Shown: positions 19,406 through 28,556 of the stretch, one piece after another | How the letters are laid out: each line of letters begins with the position of its first letter | Numbering within the stretch: the first letter of the stretch is position 1 | Virus record (IMG/VR): IMGVR_UViG_3300036779_000027 | Location: 1-44,168 of that record | Direction: 5' to 3' (one strand) | Origin: a virus | Lineage: Duplodnaviria; Caudoviricetes | DNA: 44,168 nucleotides | Notes under the pieces: model-generated | Seen by the model: the letters and a program-made list of their open reading frames with translations, nothing else | The model's database searches: none | Told to the model about the DNA's origin: nothing | Made by a program: the position numbers and the translations under genes

Positions 19406-20902
19406 CTATCTGTTGACGTTGATCAACACGTCGACAAAGTGAATCGCACCGGCGAGCTTCACCGCGATTTGAATCAACGGTGCAATACGTGCCTCGCGAT
19501 CCGCTTGTGACTGTGTGTCGACATTGTTGGCAAAGGTGTACCAACCGTTGTGCAGGGTGTCACCTTGCTGGAGTTCGCCAAAACCCGGTGCGTTCCACAC
19601 ACCCGGCGCGACCAGACCGTTCTGCACGCCCTGTGACAGCGCGCCGTCACAGGTAGTCACCAAAACGTGGACACCGGGATTGGTCTGCGGAACTTTCGGG
19701 CTGGTGTACAACACGTTCCACAGATCGTTTTGTATCCGATTGCTCAGCCAATCCAGCCCGTGCATCTCGTCAAAATAGGCTGCGCCCGACATGACACCTT
19801 CTTGGGTGATCGCCGCGCCGTTGTTGTACATGACGTACACATTGATCCGCTTGGTGGCGAGTGTCGTTGCCTCCGACCCGGAGAGTATCTCTGGCATGAC
19901 ACCCGGCTCGACCTTGAACTTCATGGTCAGCGTGGTGTTCACGCCTTCAAAGTTCACGGTCAGTGCCCGACCGAAAAAGGAACAAATCGCGTAGGGATTG
20001 GTCAGTGACCATTGGATCACTGTCCGCATATAATCGGCGAGCATCGCCGATGACCCGATATCCGTCGAATTCGCCGGATCGAGACACGTTTGCTCGTTGG
20101 TGGTGATCCCGTACATATGCTTGTCACTGGCAGCCTCGATGTAACCGGAGCACGCCAGATGTTCCGCATCGGTCAGTACCCGTGACGCCGCAAAGCTCGC
20201 CGCGTACCAGCCGCGCCCGTCCACCCGCGCCAGACCCGCCACCGGGGTTTCGGAGGCAATACCGGGGGTGCTGCGGATCGCGGTACCCGATGTCATCATC
20301 AACTGAGCGGAGATGTCGACCGGACCCGTAGGGGATGGCGCACCAAAGAACGACACCTGAGAGGTAGGACCGGTGGTACCGCTCTGGCAAATAAACTGGC
20401 TGCCCTTGCGCACAAAGGTCAACTGTGGGGAACCCGCAGCGGTCTGCAACGCGGTCTGAATGATACCGGCCACCGCATCCAGGTTGGTGGCTGCGGCGAA
20501 ATTCAGCGCGGACACAGTAACCGGTGCCGCGCCATCGAGTGTCACCGAGAACCCGCCGTCGACAATCGATGTCCAATTCGACATCTGCATTTGCTGGGCG
20601 GTCATCAGACCACCGGTCAGCCGCGCGTGCGTCGCGGTGTTCGCCCACTCACCGATGTACATGGTTGAGGGTTGCGGTGCCTGAGAGAAGAACTCCAGCG
20701 CCGCGAGGTACTCCGGAGCCGTGGTGCCGAAGTCGGTGGCGACATCCTTGATCTGATTGTACTGGCGGATCGCTTCGCCGGTATCGATGACACCAGAGTC
20801 ACCCATCACCAGCAAAGTGTCAAACCGGATAGCCGGGATCGCCTGCGGTGCGAAGTTGACTTGAACATCGACAACGCGGCTGACGGATAAACCTTGTGTC
20901 AT
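19406..20902 (-). CDS. Tail sheath protein (DUF3383)
   Basis: GLSVSRVVDV, DFGTTAPEYLAA..FFSQ.PQP, TLTMKFK.EPGV, DE.HGLDWL, LAGAIHFVDVLINVNR motifs. Confidence 0.9.
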   Translation of the reverse strand: MTQGLSVSRVVDVQVNFAPQAIPAIRFDTLLVMGDSGVIDTGEAIRQYNQIKDVATDFGTTAPEYLAALEFFSQAPQPSTMYIGEWANTATHARLTGGLMTAQQMQMSNWTSIVDGGFSVTLDGAAPVTVSALNFAAATNLDAVAGIIQTALQTAAGSPQLTFVRKGSQFICQSGTTGPTSQVSFFGAPSPTGPVDISAQLMMTSGTAIRSTPGIASETPVAGLARVDGRGWYAASFAASRVLTDAEHLACSGYIEAASDKHMYGITTNEQTCLDPANSTDIGSSAMLADYMRTVIQWSLTNPYAICSFFGRALTVNFEGVNTTLTMKFKVEPGVMPEILSGSEATTLATKRINVYVMYNNGAAITQEGVMSGAAYFDEMHGLDWLSNRIQNDLWNVLYTSPKVPQTNPGVHVLVTTCDGALSQGVQNGLVAPGVWNAPGFGELQQGDTLHNGWYTFANNVDTQSQADREARIAPLIQIAVKLAGAIHFVDVLINVNR

Positions 20903-20911
20903 GGTGCTCTC

Positions 20912-21457
20912 CTATGCTGGCGATAGTTTAGCCCGCAAATCAGTAACTTCGTTTTCGAGCGCGGCGATCCGATCTTGCAGATCGGTTAGTGACACAATAT
21001 CGGTTCCAGGAGTAACCGAAACCGTACCGATTTGTGTGCCATCAACATAGACGTACACGGCAAAGCCGTTCCAATCAAAGGCGATCTCATGGTGGGTGAA
21101 GGCGGTGACATTGTAGGCAACACCATTGCCGCCGACTATGAGTTCGCCGGTCAATGTGCCACCGCTCAGCGGCAGCACGGGGGTCCATGCGGCACTTTCG
21201 CGTCCGTAAGCCTGTCCATCTGACGGTGCGTCAGGGAGACTGCTTGTTCGCAGCGCGGTGATGTCAGTGGTGTTCGTCGCGATATTGGTGGTATTAGTCG
21301 CCACGTCACTTTGCAGCGTCGCGATATTGGCTTCGTCGGTCGCGGCGTTACTCTGAAGGTCATTAATCTCGGTCGCTGCAATCGAGAAGTTACCGCGCAC
21401 GTCAGCGGTATAGGCTGCACCTTCGGTCGGTTTGGTAATGTCGATATTAGAGGTCAT
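20912..21457 (-). CDS. Fibritin/whisker-like mini-fibre
   Basis: Heptad coiled coil followed by LPDAPSDGQAYGRESAAW, matching the T4 fibritin foldon motif. Start ATG 21457 (ATGA overlap). Confidence 0.6.
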   Translation of the reverse strand: MTSNIDITKPTEGAAYTADVRGNFSIAATEINDLQSNAATDEANIATLQSDVATNTTNIATNTTDITALRTSSLPDAPSDGQAYGRESAAWTPVLPLSGGTLTGELIVGGNGVAYNVTAFTHHEIAFDWNGFAVYVYVDGTQIGTVSVTPGTDIVSLTDLQDRIAALENEVTDLRAKLSPA

Positions 21458-22155
21458 GCCCAGTCCCACACAGTCTGACCGTCATCCCACACGGTGTCAT
21501 TTGGCGGCGGCGCATCCCAAGTTGTCTGGGGCTGCGGTGCCTGGGAGGTATCAAAAGTATCTCTGATAATGTCACTCCGACCCGGCGGCTGCGCATCGAT
21601 AATCCCGCGCGCGCGTAACAGGTTGAGGACACTGTAGTTGTAACGCACCTCACGGCGCAGAGTGACTGTCATATCACTGCGCGGCCACCAGCGATCCTTG
21701 AACAGTTCCGCCGCGCGGGTGAACCCGGTGGTACTAACCATGCCGACCGCATTGGCGCGGAACACCGCTTGGTTCTGATCGACGTACAAGCCGCGCCGAC
21801 AATACGATTGGTACTTCTCGGCATTGGGTCCGTAGAACGAACACAAGATGTCGAGTTCTTCCATCTCCTGCATCGCGTCGTAACCGTCACCAACATTGTC
21901 CAGATGGTATGTCACCGGCACGAAATCGGTGCGGGTAGCGTGTGTTCCGAATGCCATCCAATCGACACTGATATCGGGCCGCAGCGGCGGTTCCTCCTGC
22001 CAGCGTGGGCGTACCAATGTAGGGTCTAAACCGGTGACACCGGCGAAGACATCGTGCAGGAAGTCTTCCCACGAATCGTCTTCGAGCGGTGCCGGTCCTG
22101 GTGTTACCGGACCCAGGTACCCCGCAAACCGGCTGTCAGTGACAAACGGCATCAC
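21454..22155 (-). CDS. Neck/tail terminator protein
   Basis: GYLGP...GVTGL...LVRPRWQ..PP.....DW.AFG...SFYGP.A motif; position upstream of the sheath. Confidence 0.75.
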   Translation of the reverse strand: MMPFVTDSRFAGYLGPVTPGPAPLEDDSWEDFLHDVFAGVTGLDPTLVRPRWQEEPPLRPDISVDWMAFGTHATRTDFVPVTYHLDNVGDGYDAMQEMEELDILCSFYGPNAEKYQSYCRRGLYVDQNQAVFRANAVGMVSTTGFTRAAELFKDRWWPRSDMTVTLRREVRYNYSVLNLLRARGIIDAQPPGRSDIIRDTFDTSQAPQPQTTWDAPPPNDTVWDDGQTVWDWA

Positions 22156-22565
22156 GCATTCCCTACTGGATCGGGTATCGGCGGATAGTCAACATTCTGC
22201 TTCGAGGTGGCAACAGCGTGAACAAAACCGCGACCGTAACCGGAGTAATCCTCCAGGAAATTGACGATAAACAAAGAGTTCCGCCACAATATCTCATCGG
22301 GATGAGTGACATTACCGACTTCATCGGTCGCCGGACCCTGGATGCGGAACGGGGTGTACAATGAGATCGTCTTGTTCATCCAACCCCATTCGGGAACTCG
22401 CTGGAGATCGGTTGGTCCCGCTGCGGTGACAACCGCATAAGCGGTCATCGACTTGTCCTGTGTAGCCACGCGACCACGGTTATCGATGTACGCCTGCCGC
22501 CGGATCACCACAATAGTGTCCCAGAAGGTGTAATCAAACGCATCGGTAACATCTAACGAAGGCAA
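22152..22565 (-). CDS. Head-tail adaptor/closure protein
   Basis: MP.LDVTD...F.D...V.RR...GR...DLQR.PE...PD.I.W....F.V....DYS.YG.GFV.A pattern; TTG start. Confidence 0.7.
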   Translation of the reverse strand: MPSLDVTDAFDYTFWDTIVVIRRQAYIDNRGRVATQDKSMTAYAVVTAAGPTDLQRVPEWGWMNKTISLYTPFRIQGPATDEVGNVTHPDEILWRNSLFIVNFLEDYSGYGRGFVHAVATSKQNVDYPPIPDPVGNA

Positions 22566-22566
22566 G

Positions 22567-23160
22567 TTACTCTCCCTGACGACTGCGGTTACGCACCACG
22601 TAACTAATCGAGTTGATCATCTGCGCTGTATCGATCAGCGCGGTAACATCGGCGGCGGTTGTCGCCAAACGCTGGTAGGTACTACCGCGTGACCGTTGAC
22701 GGCGGCGATCGATGGTAACCTGGGAGAGCGGCGGCGGGATGTTGGACTGGATACGATCCTTGACCCCGGTGACCGCTGTCATCCCTGCGGCGTGCCACGC
22801 TTTGTCCGCGTCACTCATTTTACCCTGGAACGCGAGGTGACCGGCACGCTCCATATAGGCTTGCCACTGTCTCCGACTGTTTCTGACACCGGGACTGAGC
22901 CACGGGCGCGCCGGGATGTTGACCCCTGGCGCGCCGGTTTCGTGGATGTACCCGATGTTGGCGTTACCGACCGGGATGTCGGTGCGCTTTTCGGTTCCCT
23001 TGGCTTGGCTGCCCCGTTCATCGAGGTGCGGTTGTTCCTGATCGGACGGGATACCGACCATAATGGTAGTATTGGCCAGTCGCTTGATCGCATCGACCAC
23101 CATTTGAGTGTTGTCTTCAAGCACTTCCAGGTGCGCGTTGACCCGCCGACCCTGTGCCAT
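22567..23160 (-). CDS. Neck/virion morphogenesis protein
   Basis: VGIP...NA.IGYIHE.G.P..NIPARP.L.PG...PPL...TI..R...LIDT.QM.NSI.YVV motif. Confidence 0.8.
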   Translation of the reverse strand: MAQGRRVNAHLEVLEDNTQMVVDAIKRLANTTIMVGIPSDQEQPHLDERGSQAKGTEKRTDIPVGNANIGYIHETGAPGVNIPARPWLSPGVRNSRRQWQAYMERAGHLAFQGKMSDADKAWHAAGMTAVTGVKDRIQSNIPPPLSQVTIDRRRQRSRGSTYQRLATTAADVTALIDTAQMINSISYVVRNRSRQGE

Positions 23161-23161
23161 T

Positions 23162-23491
23162 TTAGTGGAACACCCCCGCTGACGGCTTTACATCGCCGCT
23201 AAGGTTGCGGAACACCGGACGGCTTTGCTGCGCGGTGACAATTGCGGGCTGAAGCGGTTCGGCGTCCACAAGTGCCTGCAACTGCGCCGCAGTGTCTTTG
23301 TGGATTGCCGCCATCTTCTCATCGGGATCGGGTTGCGGCGGTGACGCCGAAGCGGTCATCTGACCACCACCGGAAGTGTCTCCCGCTTTCGCTGCCTTCG
23401 CGTCGACCTCGCCTTGGTGGAACTCAGCCATCGCGCTGTGGTACTCGATGTTCCGTTCCAGTTTTAGACGCATCGCTGGACTCATCGTCAC
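23162..23491 (-). CDS. Hypothetical protein
   Basis: GGAGG RBS before GTG/ATG; co-oriented and tightly packed. Confidence 0.55.
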   Translation of the reverse strand: MTMSPAMRLKLERNIEYHSAMAEFHQGEVDAKAAKAGDTSGGGQMTASASPPQPDPDEKMAAIHKDTAAQLQALVDAEPLQPAIVTAQQSRPVFRNLSGDVKPSAGVFH

Positions 23492-23696
23492 CTCCTAGGT
23501 ATGCATCGAGCGTGCGAGTAAGTTCCCGCAGAGCATGTGACTCTTCTACTTGACCCGGTTGTGCGATCCAAAACGCCTTCAGTGCCCGAATGACGTTGAT
23601 CGTCTGGATGGTTCGCCGTTCCATTTGTGACTTAGCCCATTTGTCACCGGATACGTGACTCGCAAAAACGATGCGGCCACCTTTGCGTCCGATCAT
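23424..23696 (-). CDS. Hypothetical protein
   Basis: ATG 23696 overlaps the DUF4054 stop (ATGA); the 3' end overlaps the next gene by 68 nt. Confidence 0.45.
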   Translation of the reverse strand: MIGRKGGRIVFASHVSGDKWAKSQMERRTIQTINVIRALKAFWIAQPGQVEESHALRELTRTLDAYLGGDDESSDASKTGTEHRVPQRDG

Positions 23697-24499
23697 AGCT
23701 GGATTGGGGCGGCACCTGCCATCCGCAGGTAGTAGAGGAACTGGTTCCCCCACGGTGTCGATCCCCACCAGCCTGCATCCTTCTCCAGGCCGATCTGGTT
23801 GTCGTAACTTAAACTGACACCGTCGACCGATTTGGACGCTGGCACACCGGAACCCGTCAACGGTGTGCTGATGTAGGTCGGACCACCCATTCCTGGCAGC
23901 CCAGCCCGCTGGTTCATCATATCCTGAACGGCGAGATTATGCGCCACCCACAGGTGTAAGCCAAGATCGTAAAACTGGCCCCAGCGGTATTTGTTGATCG
24001 CGGGCGTGCTGTTGGGCGGCGAGCACGCCTGATCGATCCAGTACTGCACCTCCTCGTCCGTAAAGCGCGAGGCGTCGCCAAACGCGGGGTAGTCAGCGCG
24101 GAATTGCTCCACGGTGAAAGCCTCGTCAGCGGGTGACACGCCGGTCGCGCATTTGATGTCGCCAGAGAGCGCCAGGACGCGCTCGTCGTCCACGGTGGCC
24201 ACGGCGGTCAGGGTATAGACCACCTCCGCAATAAATCCGCCACAGAGCGCGGCGATCTTGTTGACTTGCGGCCCGGTCGCGGGCGGCACCGGCGCGGACG
24301 CGATCGGCTGCGGAGTAACGTGACCCTGCGGATCAGGATCGGTGACCGCTGGCGGGCTGGACGGCGATATCACACACGTCCACTCTGCGGACACGATGTT
24401 CCCGGTAGCACCTAACTTTCGACTAAAGTCGAAGGTAAAGAAATCAGTCTCATCCGGTCTGATCGCCGGGAAGGGACCGCCGGTCGAGACACGCGCCAT
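23693..24499 (-). CDS. DUF4054 head-completion protein with an extra N-terminal domain
   Basis: C-terminal half FRADYPAFGD..RF...L.LWVAHNL...SKSVDGVS.SYD...AGWW..T.WG.QF is DUF4054-like; N-terminal PDETDFFTFDFS..L....I.SA.W beta domain. Confidence 0.8.
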   Translation of the reverse strand: MARVSTGGPFPAIRPDETDFFTFDFSRKLGATGNIVSAEWTCVISPSSPPAVTDPDPQGHVTPQPIASAPVPPATGPQVNKIAALCGGFIAEVVYTLTAVATVDDERVLALSGDIKCATGVSPADEAFTVEQFRADYPAFGDASRFTDEEVQYWIDQACSPPNSTPAINKYRWGQFYDLGLHLWVAHNLAVQDMMNQRAGLPGMGGPTYISTPLTGSGVPASKSVDGVSLSYDNQIGLEKDAGWWGSTPWGNQFLYYLRMAGAAPIQL

Positions 24500-24507
24500 G
24501 AGTCACC

Positions 24508-25062
24508 TTATCGCTTGCGTGCCCAGAAGGCACGATTGGCTGCGTTCATCGAGCGCAAGGAGTCACCGGTTGTCGTCGCGGTAGTGCTGGAACTGCTTCC
24601 GGCACTCGGTCGCGCACTGATATTCGGTGACGGAATACCCATACCGAGATTGTTCATCGGCGCGCCGGATTGCACGTTGGAGAATTCCGATGACTGATCC
24701 TTGGCCTTTTTCTTGGCGTCTTCGGATTTCGCGGTTCTTTCCGGCGGCTTAGCCTGGGCCATCGGCCCACGCGGTGTCGATTCCGGCTTGGACACCTCGC
24801 CCAACAAATCCTTGTGGCGTTCGGGAACCCGGAGTGCGCCAGTCACTAGCGGACCTCCTTTGTCACCATCCCCATCATTGGATTGAGTCACTGTCGTTCT
24901 CCCTAATCCAGGGATCGTGCGTGAGTGAGTCACCGTGGTCTTGTCTACGCCGGTGATCGTGCCCTTGTTTTTGCTGGCATAGAACACCTCCTCACCCTTC
25001 TTCTCGCCATACTGTTCCTGCATGGCGCTCTTGATTTTGTTACCTTTTTCCGTGAGGGGCAT
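24508..25062 (-). CDS. Hypothetical head-associated protein
   Basis: N-terminal MPLTEKGNKIKSAMQEQYGEKKGEEVFYASKNKGTITGVD; C-terminal MNAANRAFW resembles the scaffold C-terminus. Confidence 0.7.
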   Translation of the reverse strand: MPLTEKGNKIKSAMQEQYGEKKGEEVFYASKNKGTITGVDKTTVTHSRTIPGLGRTTVTQSNDGDGDKGGPLVTGALRVPERHKDLLGEVSKPESTPRGPMAQAKPPERTAKSEDAKKKAKDQSSEFSNVQSGAPMNNLGMGIPSPNISARPSAGSSSSTTATTTGDSLRSMNAANRAFWARKR

Positions 25063-25071
25063 AGCACCCTC

Positions 25072-25806
25072 CTACAAGATAGTCACCGAGTTACTTATCG
25101 GTGAGGCGGTAGACCCAGCGGCGTTTGTCGCTGTCACTACACAATCGATACTGTGACCGGAGTCACCCACGACCACGGTGTAACTGCTACTGTTAGCACC
25201 AACAGTCGCACCGTCACTCTGCCACGCGTAGGCGTAGCTGTTCGGCGTGTTCTCCCAAGTACCCATCGTACAGGTCAGCGTGTCACCGACAGCCGCTGAA
25301 GTGACAACTGCGCCGTTGTGCAGAACAGCGGGAACAGTGTCGTTAACCGGCGGTACGGTCGGCGGCGCGACATCTGGTGGTCGCCCACTTAGAAGAAAGT
25401 CACTTCCCGCCACCTGTGACGGTTGGGCAGTGACAGCAATCGCCTGCGCCACCTCATTATTCGGGTGACGCACATTGTATGGTATCCCGGCGTCGATCGC
25501 CGCCTGCCGGTTTGTCGCCCAAGTCTCGCCTGCGGCTGTCTCCGCAGTCAGCACTTCAGCCTGGGTAGTGACGACCGCCGTATCCAGTAACTCTTGTGCG
25601 GCTGCCGCTTCCTCTGCCGCAGACAACACCTCGCCATCGATGATCGCCTGCGCCGCCACCCTATTGGCGGTGGCGGCGATCAGGTTCGCCATAAACGGGT
25701 CGCTTTCGGCACCGGCTGGCACATCATTGATACCAGGAACAAAGTTCACGATGGTGCCATCGCGAAGGTACACATTGACACGCTGCGGTACGTACACTTG
25801 AGCCAT
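25072..25806 (-). CDS. Head-associated protein with C-terminal Ig-like domain
   Basis: N-terminus paralogous to 25835-26326; C-terminal Ig-like domain nearly identical to that of 5766-6368; GGAGG RBS. Confidence 0.75.
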   Translation of the reverse strand: MAQVYVPQRVNVYLRDGTIVNFVPGINDVPAGAESDPFMANLIAATANRVAAQAIIDGEVLSAAEEAAAAQELLDTAVVTTQAEVLTAETAAGETWATNRQAAIDAGIPYNVRHPNNEVAQAIAVTAQPSQVAGSDFLLSGRPPDVAPPTVPPVNDTVPAVLHNGAVVTSAAVGDTLTCTMGTWENTPNSYAYAWQSDGATVGANSSSYTVVVGDSGHSIDCVVTATNAAGSTASPISNSVTIL

Positions 25807-25834
25807 GACCGCCTCCTAAAAGTAACCGGCCCGA

Positions 25835-26326
25835 TTAGGGACCGGTGTCAGGCAGGACACGCGTGGCACTGGGCGGCGGTGACCCCGATGCCATCGAGCT
25901 ACTGATGATCGAACTCACCGCGTAGTTATGCGGTGACGCGGTCAGCACCATCGACTGTTCTGTCACCGGATCGGGGTGCGGATCGGTGAACACCTTACCC
26001 GCGTCGATCGCCGCCTGCCGGTTTGTCGCCCACTCCTCGCTCGCTGCGGCCATTTCGTCCAAAGAAGCCTTTTGTGACGTTGCGAGCGCGTCCAGCTTGT
26101 CCTGGGTCGCCTTTTCGGTGGCAGCTTGTGTCTCCGCATCGGCTTGTGCCTGTGCCACCGCCGGTGCGGTGGCTTTTACCAAATGGGCGACAAACGGGTC
26201 GGCAGCCGCGCTTTCGGGCACATCGTTCAGTCCCGGCTGGAACACCACCACCGAACCATCCGGGTTGTCCGGTGTGCCGCGCAGGTACACATTGACACGC
26301 TGCGTGACAAACACTTGATCAGGCAT
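25835..26326 (-). CDS. Head-associated protein (post-capsid gene)
   Basis: QV(F/Y)V.QRVNVYLR...F.PG.NDVP..A..DPF.A.L and WATNRQAAIDAG shared with the neighbour; GAGGAGG RBS. Confidence 0.7.
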   Translation of the reverse strand: MPDQVFVTQRVNVYLRGTPDNPDGSVVVFQPGLNDVPESAAADPFVAHLVKATAPAVAQAQADAETQAATEKATQDKLDALATSQKASLDEMAAASEEWATNRQAAIDAGKVFTDPHPDPVTEQSMVLTASPHNYAVSSIISSSMASGSPPPSATRVLPDTGP

Positions 26327-26849
26327 TTGATGCCTCCTCGATTGGAACTCTCCAAAACTTCACTTCGGCCCTCCTGCGAGCTTCGGCGGCTTCCGCGTGA
26401 GTCGGGTAGGTGCCCAAGTGAACAATCTTGTTGTCTACATTGATCCTGGCAAACCAGTTCCCAACCCTATTCCGGTAAACGCCCGCGACCTCGCTTGTGT
26501 TATCTCGCCTCCGACTACCGTTCACCATATTCGCGCCGTGTTTCAGAACCCGCAAGTTCCGCCACCTGTTGTCACTCTTGGTCTTATTCTTGTGATCGAT
26601 CTCAAAACCCGGCGGCGGTAACTCTCCTTTCATCCACACCCAGGCTACGACATGCGCGGCATAGTTTGTTCCCTTGTGCGCTAGCATAACATAACCGTGA
26701 CTGTCGGTTCCCATTTCGTCACCGACATCGATGACTCTGCCTCTACCCCACGTTCTGACCTTCGACGTAAACTTGCCTGTCTCTGGGTCGTAGTGCCAAA
26801 GCTCCCACAGCTTCGGCTCTAGATACTTCGCCGTGTATCTGATCGCCAT
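26319..26849 (-). CDS. HNH endonuclease with AP2-like C-terminal domain
   Basis: YDPETGKF...GY......Y.AH..AW.W..G..P....IDH.N....DNR..NLR.....N..N.....NTS...GV......W.A.I......HLG.Y....A..AR. Start ATG 26849 with GGGAGG. Confidence 0.9.
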   Translation of the reverse strand: MAIRYTAKYLEPKLWELWHYDPETGKFTSKVRTWGRGRVIDVGDEMGTDSHGYVMLAHKGTNYAAHVVAWVWMKGELPPPGFEIDHKNKTKSDNRWRNLRVLKHGANMVNGSRRRDNTSEVAGVYRNRVGNWFARINVDNKIVHLGTYPTHAEAAEARRRAEVKFWRVPIEEASNA

Positions 26850-26876
26850 GCCTACCTCCCACAAAGGGAGGCAAGC
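26850..26876 (-). promoter_or_regulatory. Hairpin sequestering the Shine-Dalgarno of the HNH gene
   Basis: Minus strand GCTTGCCTCCC-TTTGT-GGGAGGTAGGC-ATG: 11-bp stem (with G-U pairs), 5-nt loop, SD in the 3' arm. Confidence 0.65.
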
Positions 26877-26906
26877 CTAACATAACACGGTAACCCGTAC
26901 TACGAC

Positions 26907-27956
26907 TCAGACACCATCCAGGTACGAGAACGTGCTAGGGTAGATAAACTCCATCTGACCCAACCTACAGTAGTAAGTCGTTACGTGGTAGATACCTTGG
27001 TACTGGATTGGTGTCTTTTGCAGCGGTGTCATCGGGTACCGCGCACGGAGCGGGTCTTTGCTGTAGGCGATAACCCGGTCGACGGTTCCCAATACCTGCG
27101 GGGTACCACCAACACCCATGCCAATGCCCCACTTGCACGGGTAGATTTCGAGCCGACCGCCGCGCTGTGCTGCGAGGTTGTTCTCTTCGAGGAACTTCAG
27201 CGTCGAAATGTTACCGGCTGAACTGACAACCTGTGACACCAGGACGCCATACTGCGCGGGAGGAACAATCAGGCGATCGGGGATCACCGAGTAACCGGAC
27301 GCCGCCCAGGTGTTGGTGAGGATGGTGTTGACATCGTTGAGGATTTCTTGCGGCTGTTTTGACGCCCAGTGGGTGGAACCGCCGGTGCCCGCAATCGCGG
27401 TGTTCGCGGTGACCAAGGCGTTGTTGTAGAACCCAGTCATGTTCATCGTGGCGTCACCCACGTACACAACTTGGTCGATATCCATTTGGTGTTTGAGGTT
27501 CAGACCCTCAAACTTTTGCTGGTCGATCGGACGCCCGACCTTGATCGCTGACTCCAGTTCCGGGATGGAATATTTGAGTTCCATCTCCCAGAGGTTCAAC
27601 GGCTGCGCGGTCTTGCTGATATCGACCGCGATACCGGCAATCGCCGTTGACACCTTGCCACCCCAGTTGATACCCGCCGGTACCACACCGCCGGGAGCGG
27701 CAAAGGAACTGTTAGTGAAGCTCGCCGATTCATCGGCAATGGTGACATCTTCGCGGAGATCGATGTCACGCGACCAAGTCACCGCCGCCAGCGGCATGTG
27801 CAGGGTCGGGTCCAGCCGTTCCAACTCGTTCACCAAAAAGGCACCCGCCGAGTCCACGGTGCGGACATCACCGGTTTCCGAATCGGTGTAACTATAGGCG
27901 CGGTCAAGGGTTGGCCACCCGCCGTTCACCGCGCTCGCCATTTGATGAGCGTACAT
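26907..27956 (-). CDS. Major capsid protein (DUF2184)
   Basis: DSAGAFLVNELERLDPTLHMPL..VTW.RDI.LREDV, YSIPELE.A...GRPID.QK, Y+CRLG.+EF.YP....Y.DG. Confidence 0.92.
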   Translation of the reverse strand: MYAHQMASAVNGGWPTLDRAYSYTDSETGDVRTVDSAGAFLVNELERLDPTLHMPLAAVTWSRDIDLREDVTIADESASFTNSSFAAPGGVVPAGINWGGKVSTAIAGIAVDISKTAQPLNLWEMELKYSIPELESAIKVGRPIDQQKFEGLNLKHQMDIDQVVYVGDATMNMTGFYNNALVTANTAIAGTGGSTHWASKQPQEILNDVNTILTNTWAASGYSVIPDRLIVPPAQYGVLVSQVVSSAGNISTLKFLEENNLAAQRGGRLEIYPCKWGIGMGVGGTPQVLGTVDRVIAYSKDPLRARYPMTPLQKTPIQYQGIYHVTTYYCRLGQMEFIYPSTFSYLDGV

Positions 27957-28007
27957 CTTTGTACCCCTCCTCTAATCTCGCAGGGTGACTACCCCAATCC
28001 GTTGACA

Positions 28008-28526
28008 TCAAATCCGGAACGCGATCTCCACGTTGCCTAGCGCATCGGCAGGACCGGAGAAATAGGCACCAGCCAACACCCACGCGGTCGCGCCGGTCGC
28101 GGCTTCGATACCAGCCTGGACATGACCGCTGCCGGTGGCACCGTACCACACGTACACCGCGCCGCCCTTGACCGCCGCAGCGGCACCGTTGAGCTTCATC
28201 GTGATGTACCCGCGATACATGCAATCCACGATACCGCGCGGCATCGGGACACCGGCACCAAAAGGTACCACACCCGGATTCGCGACGGTATTGTCACTCG
28301 CCGGGAACGGGCGCACCGAGATGTTGACAACCGGCGGCGCGGCGGTATCTGTCACCGCGATCGGGCGTGCCCCGTTCGCGTCGATGGTACCAACCTGACC
28401 ATACGCCGTGAACGGCGTGGTGTTGTTTTGGTTTTCCGGCTTGATCGTGGTGCCGACAACATTGAATCGGCTGCATTCACCGGCAATACCGGCTGGCATC
28501 CGGAACGTGAACACACTATCAGGCAT
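28008..28526 (-). CDS. Capsid cement/decoration protein
   Basis: FRMPAGIAG...VRPFP......RGYITM.......KGG.VYV.....G..GIEA...F.GPADA.GNVEIAF; immediately upstream of the major capsid gene. Confidence 0.8.
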   Translation of the reverse strand: MPDSVFTFRMPAGIAGECSRFNVVGTTIKPENQNNTTPFTAYGQVGTIDANGARPIAVTDTAAPPVVNISVRPFPASDNTVANPGVVPFGAGVPMPRGIVDCMYRGYITMKLNGAAAAVKGGAVYVWYGATGSGHVQAGIEAATGATAWVLAGAYFSGPADALGNVEIAFRI

Positions 28527-28556
28527 CGCGCCCTCCTGTGACTAAAAGAGTGACTC

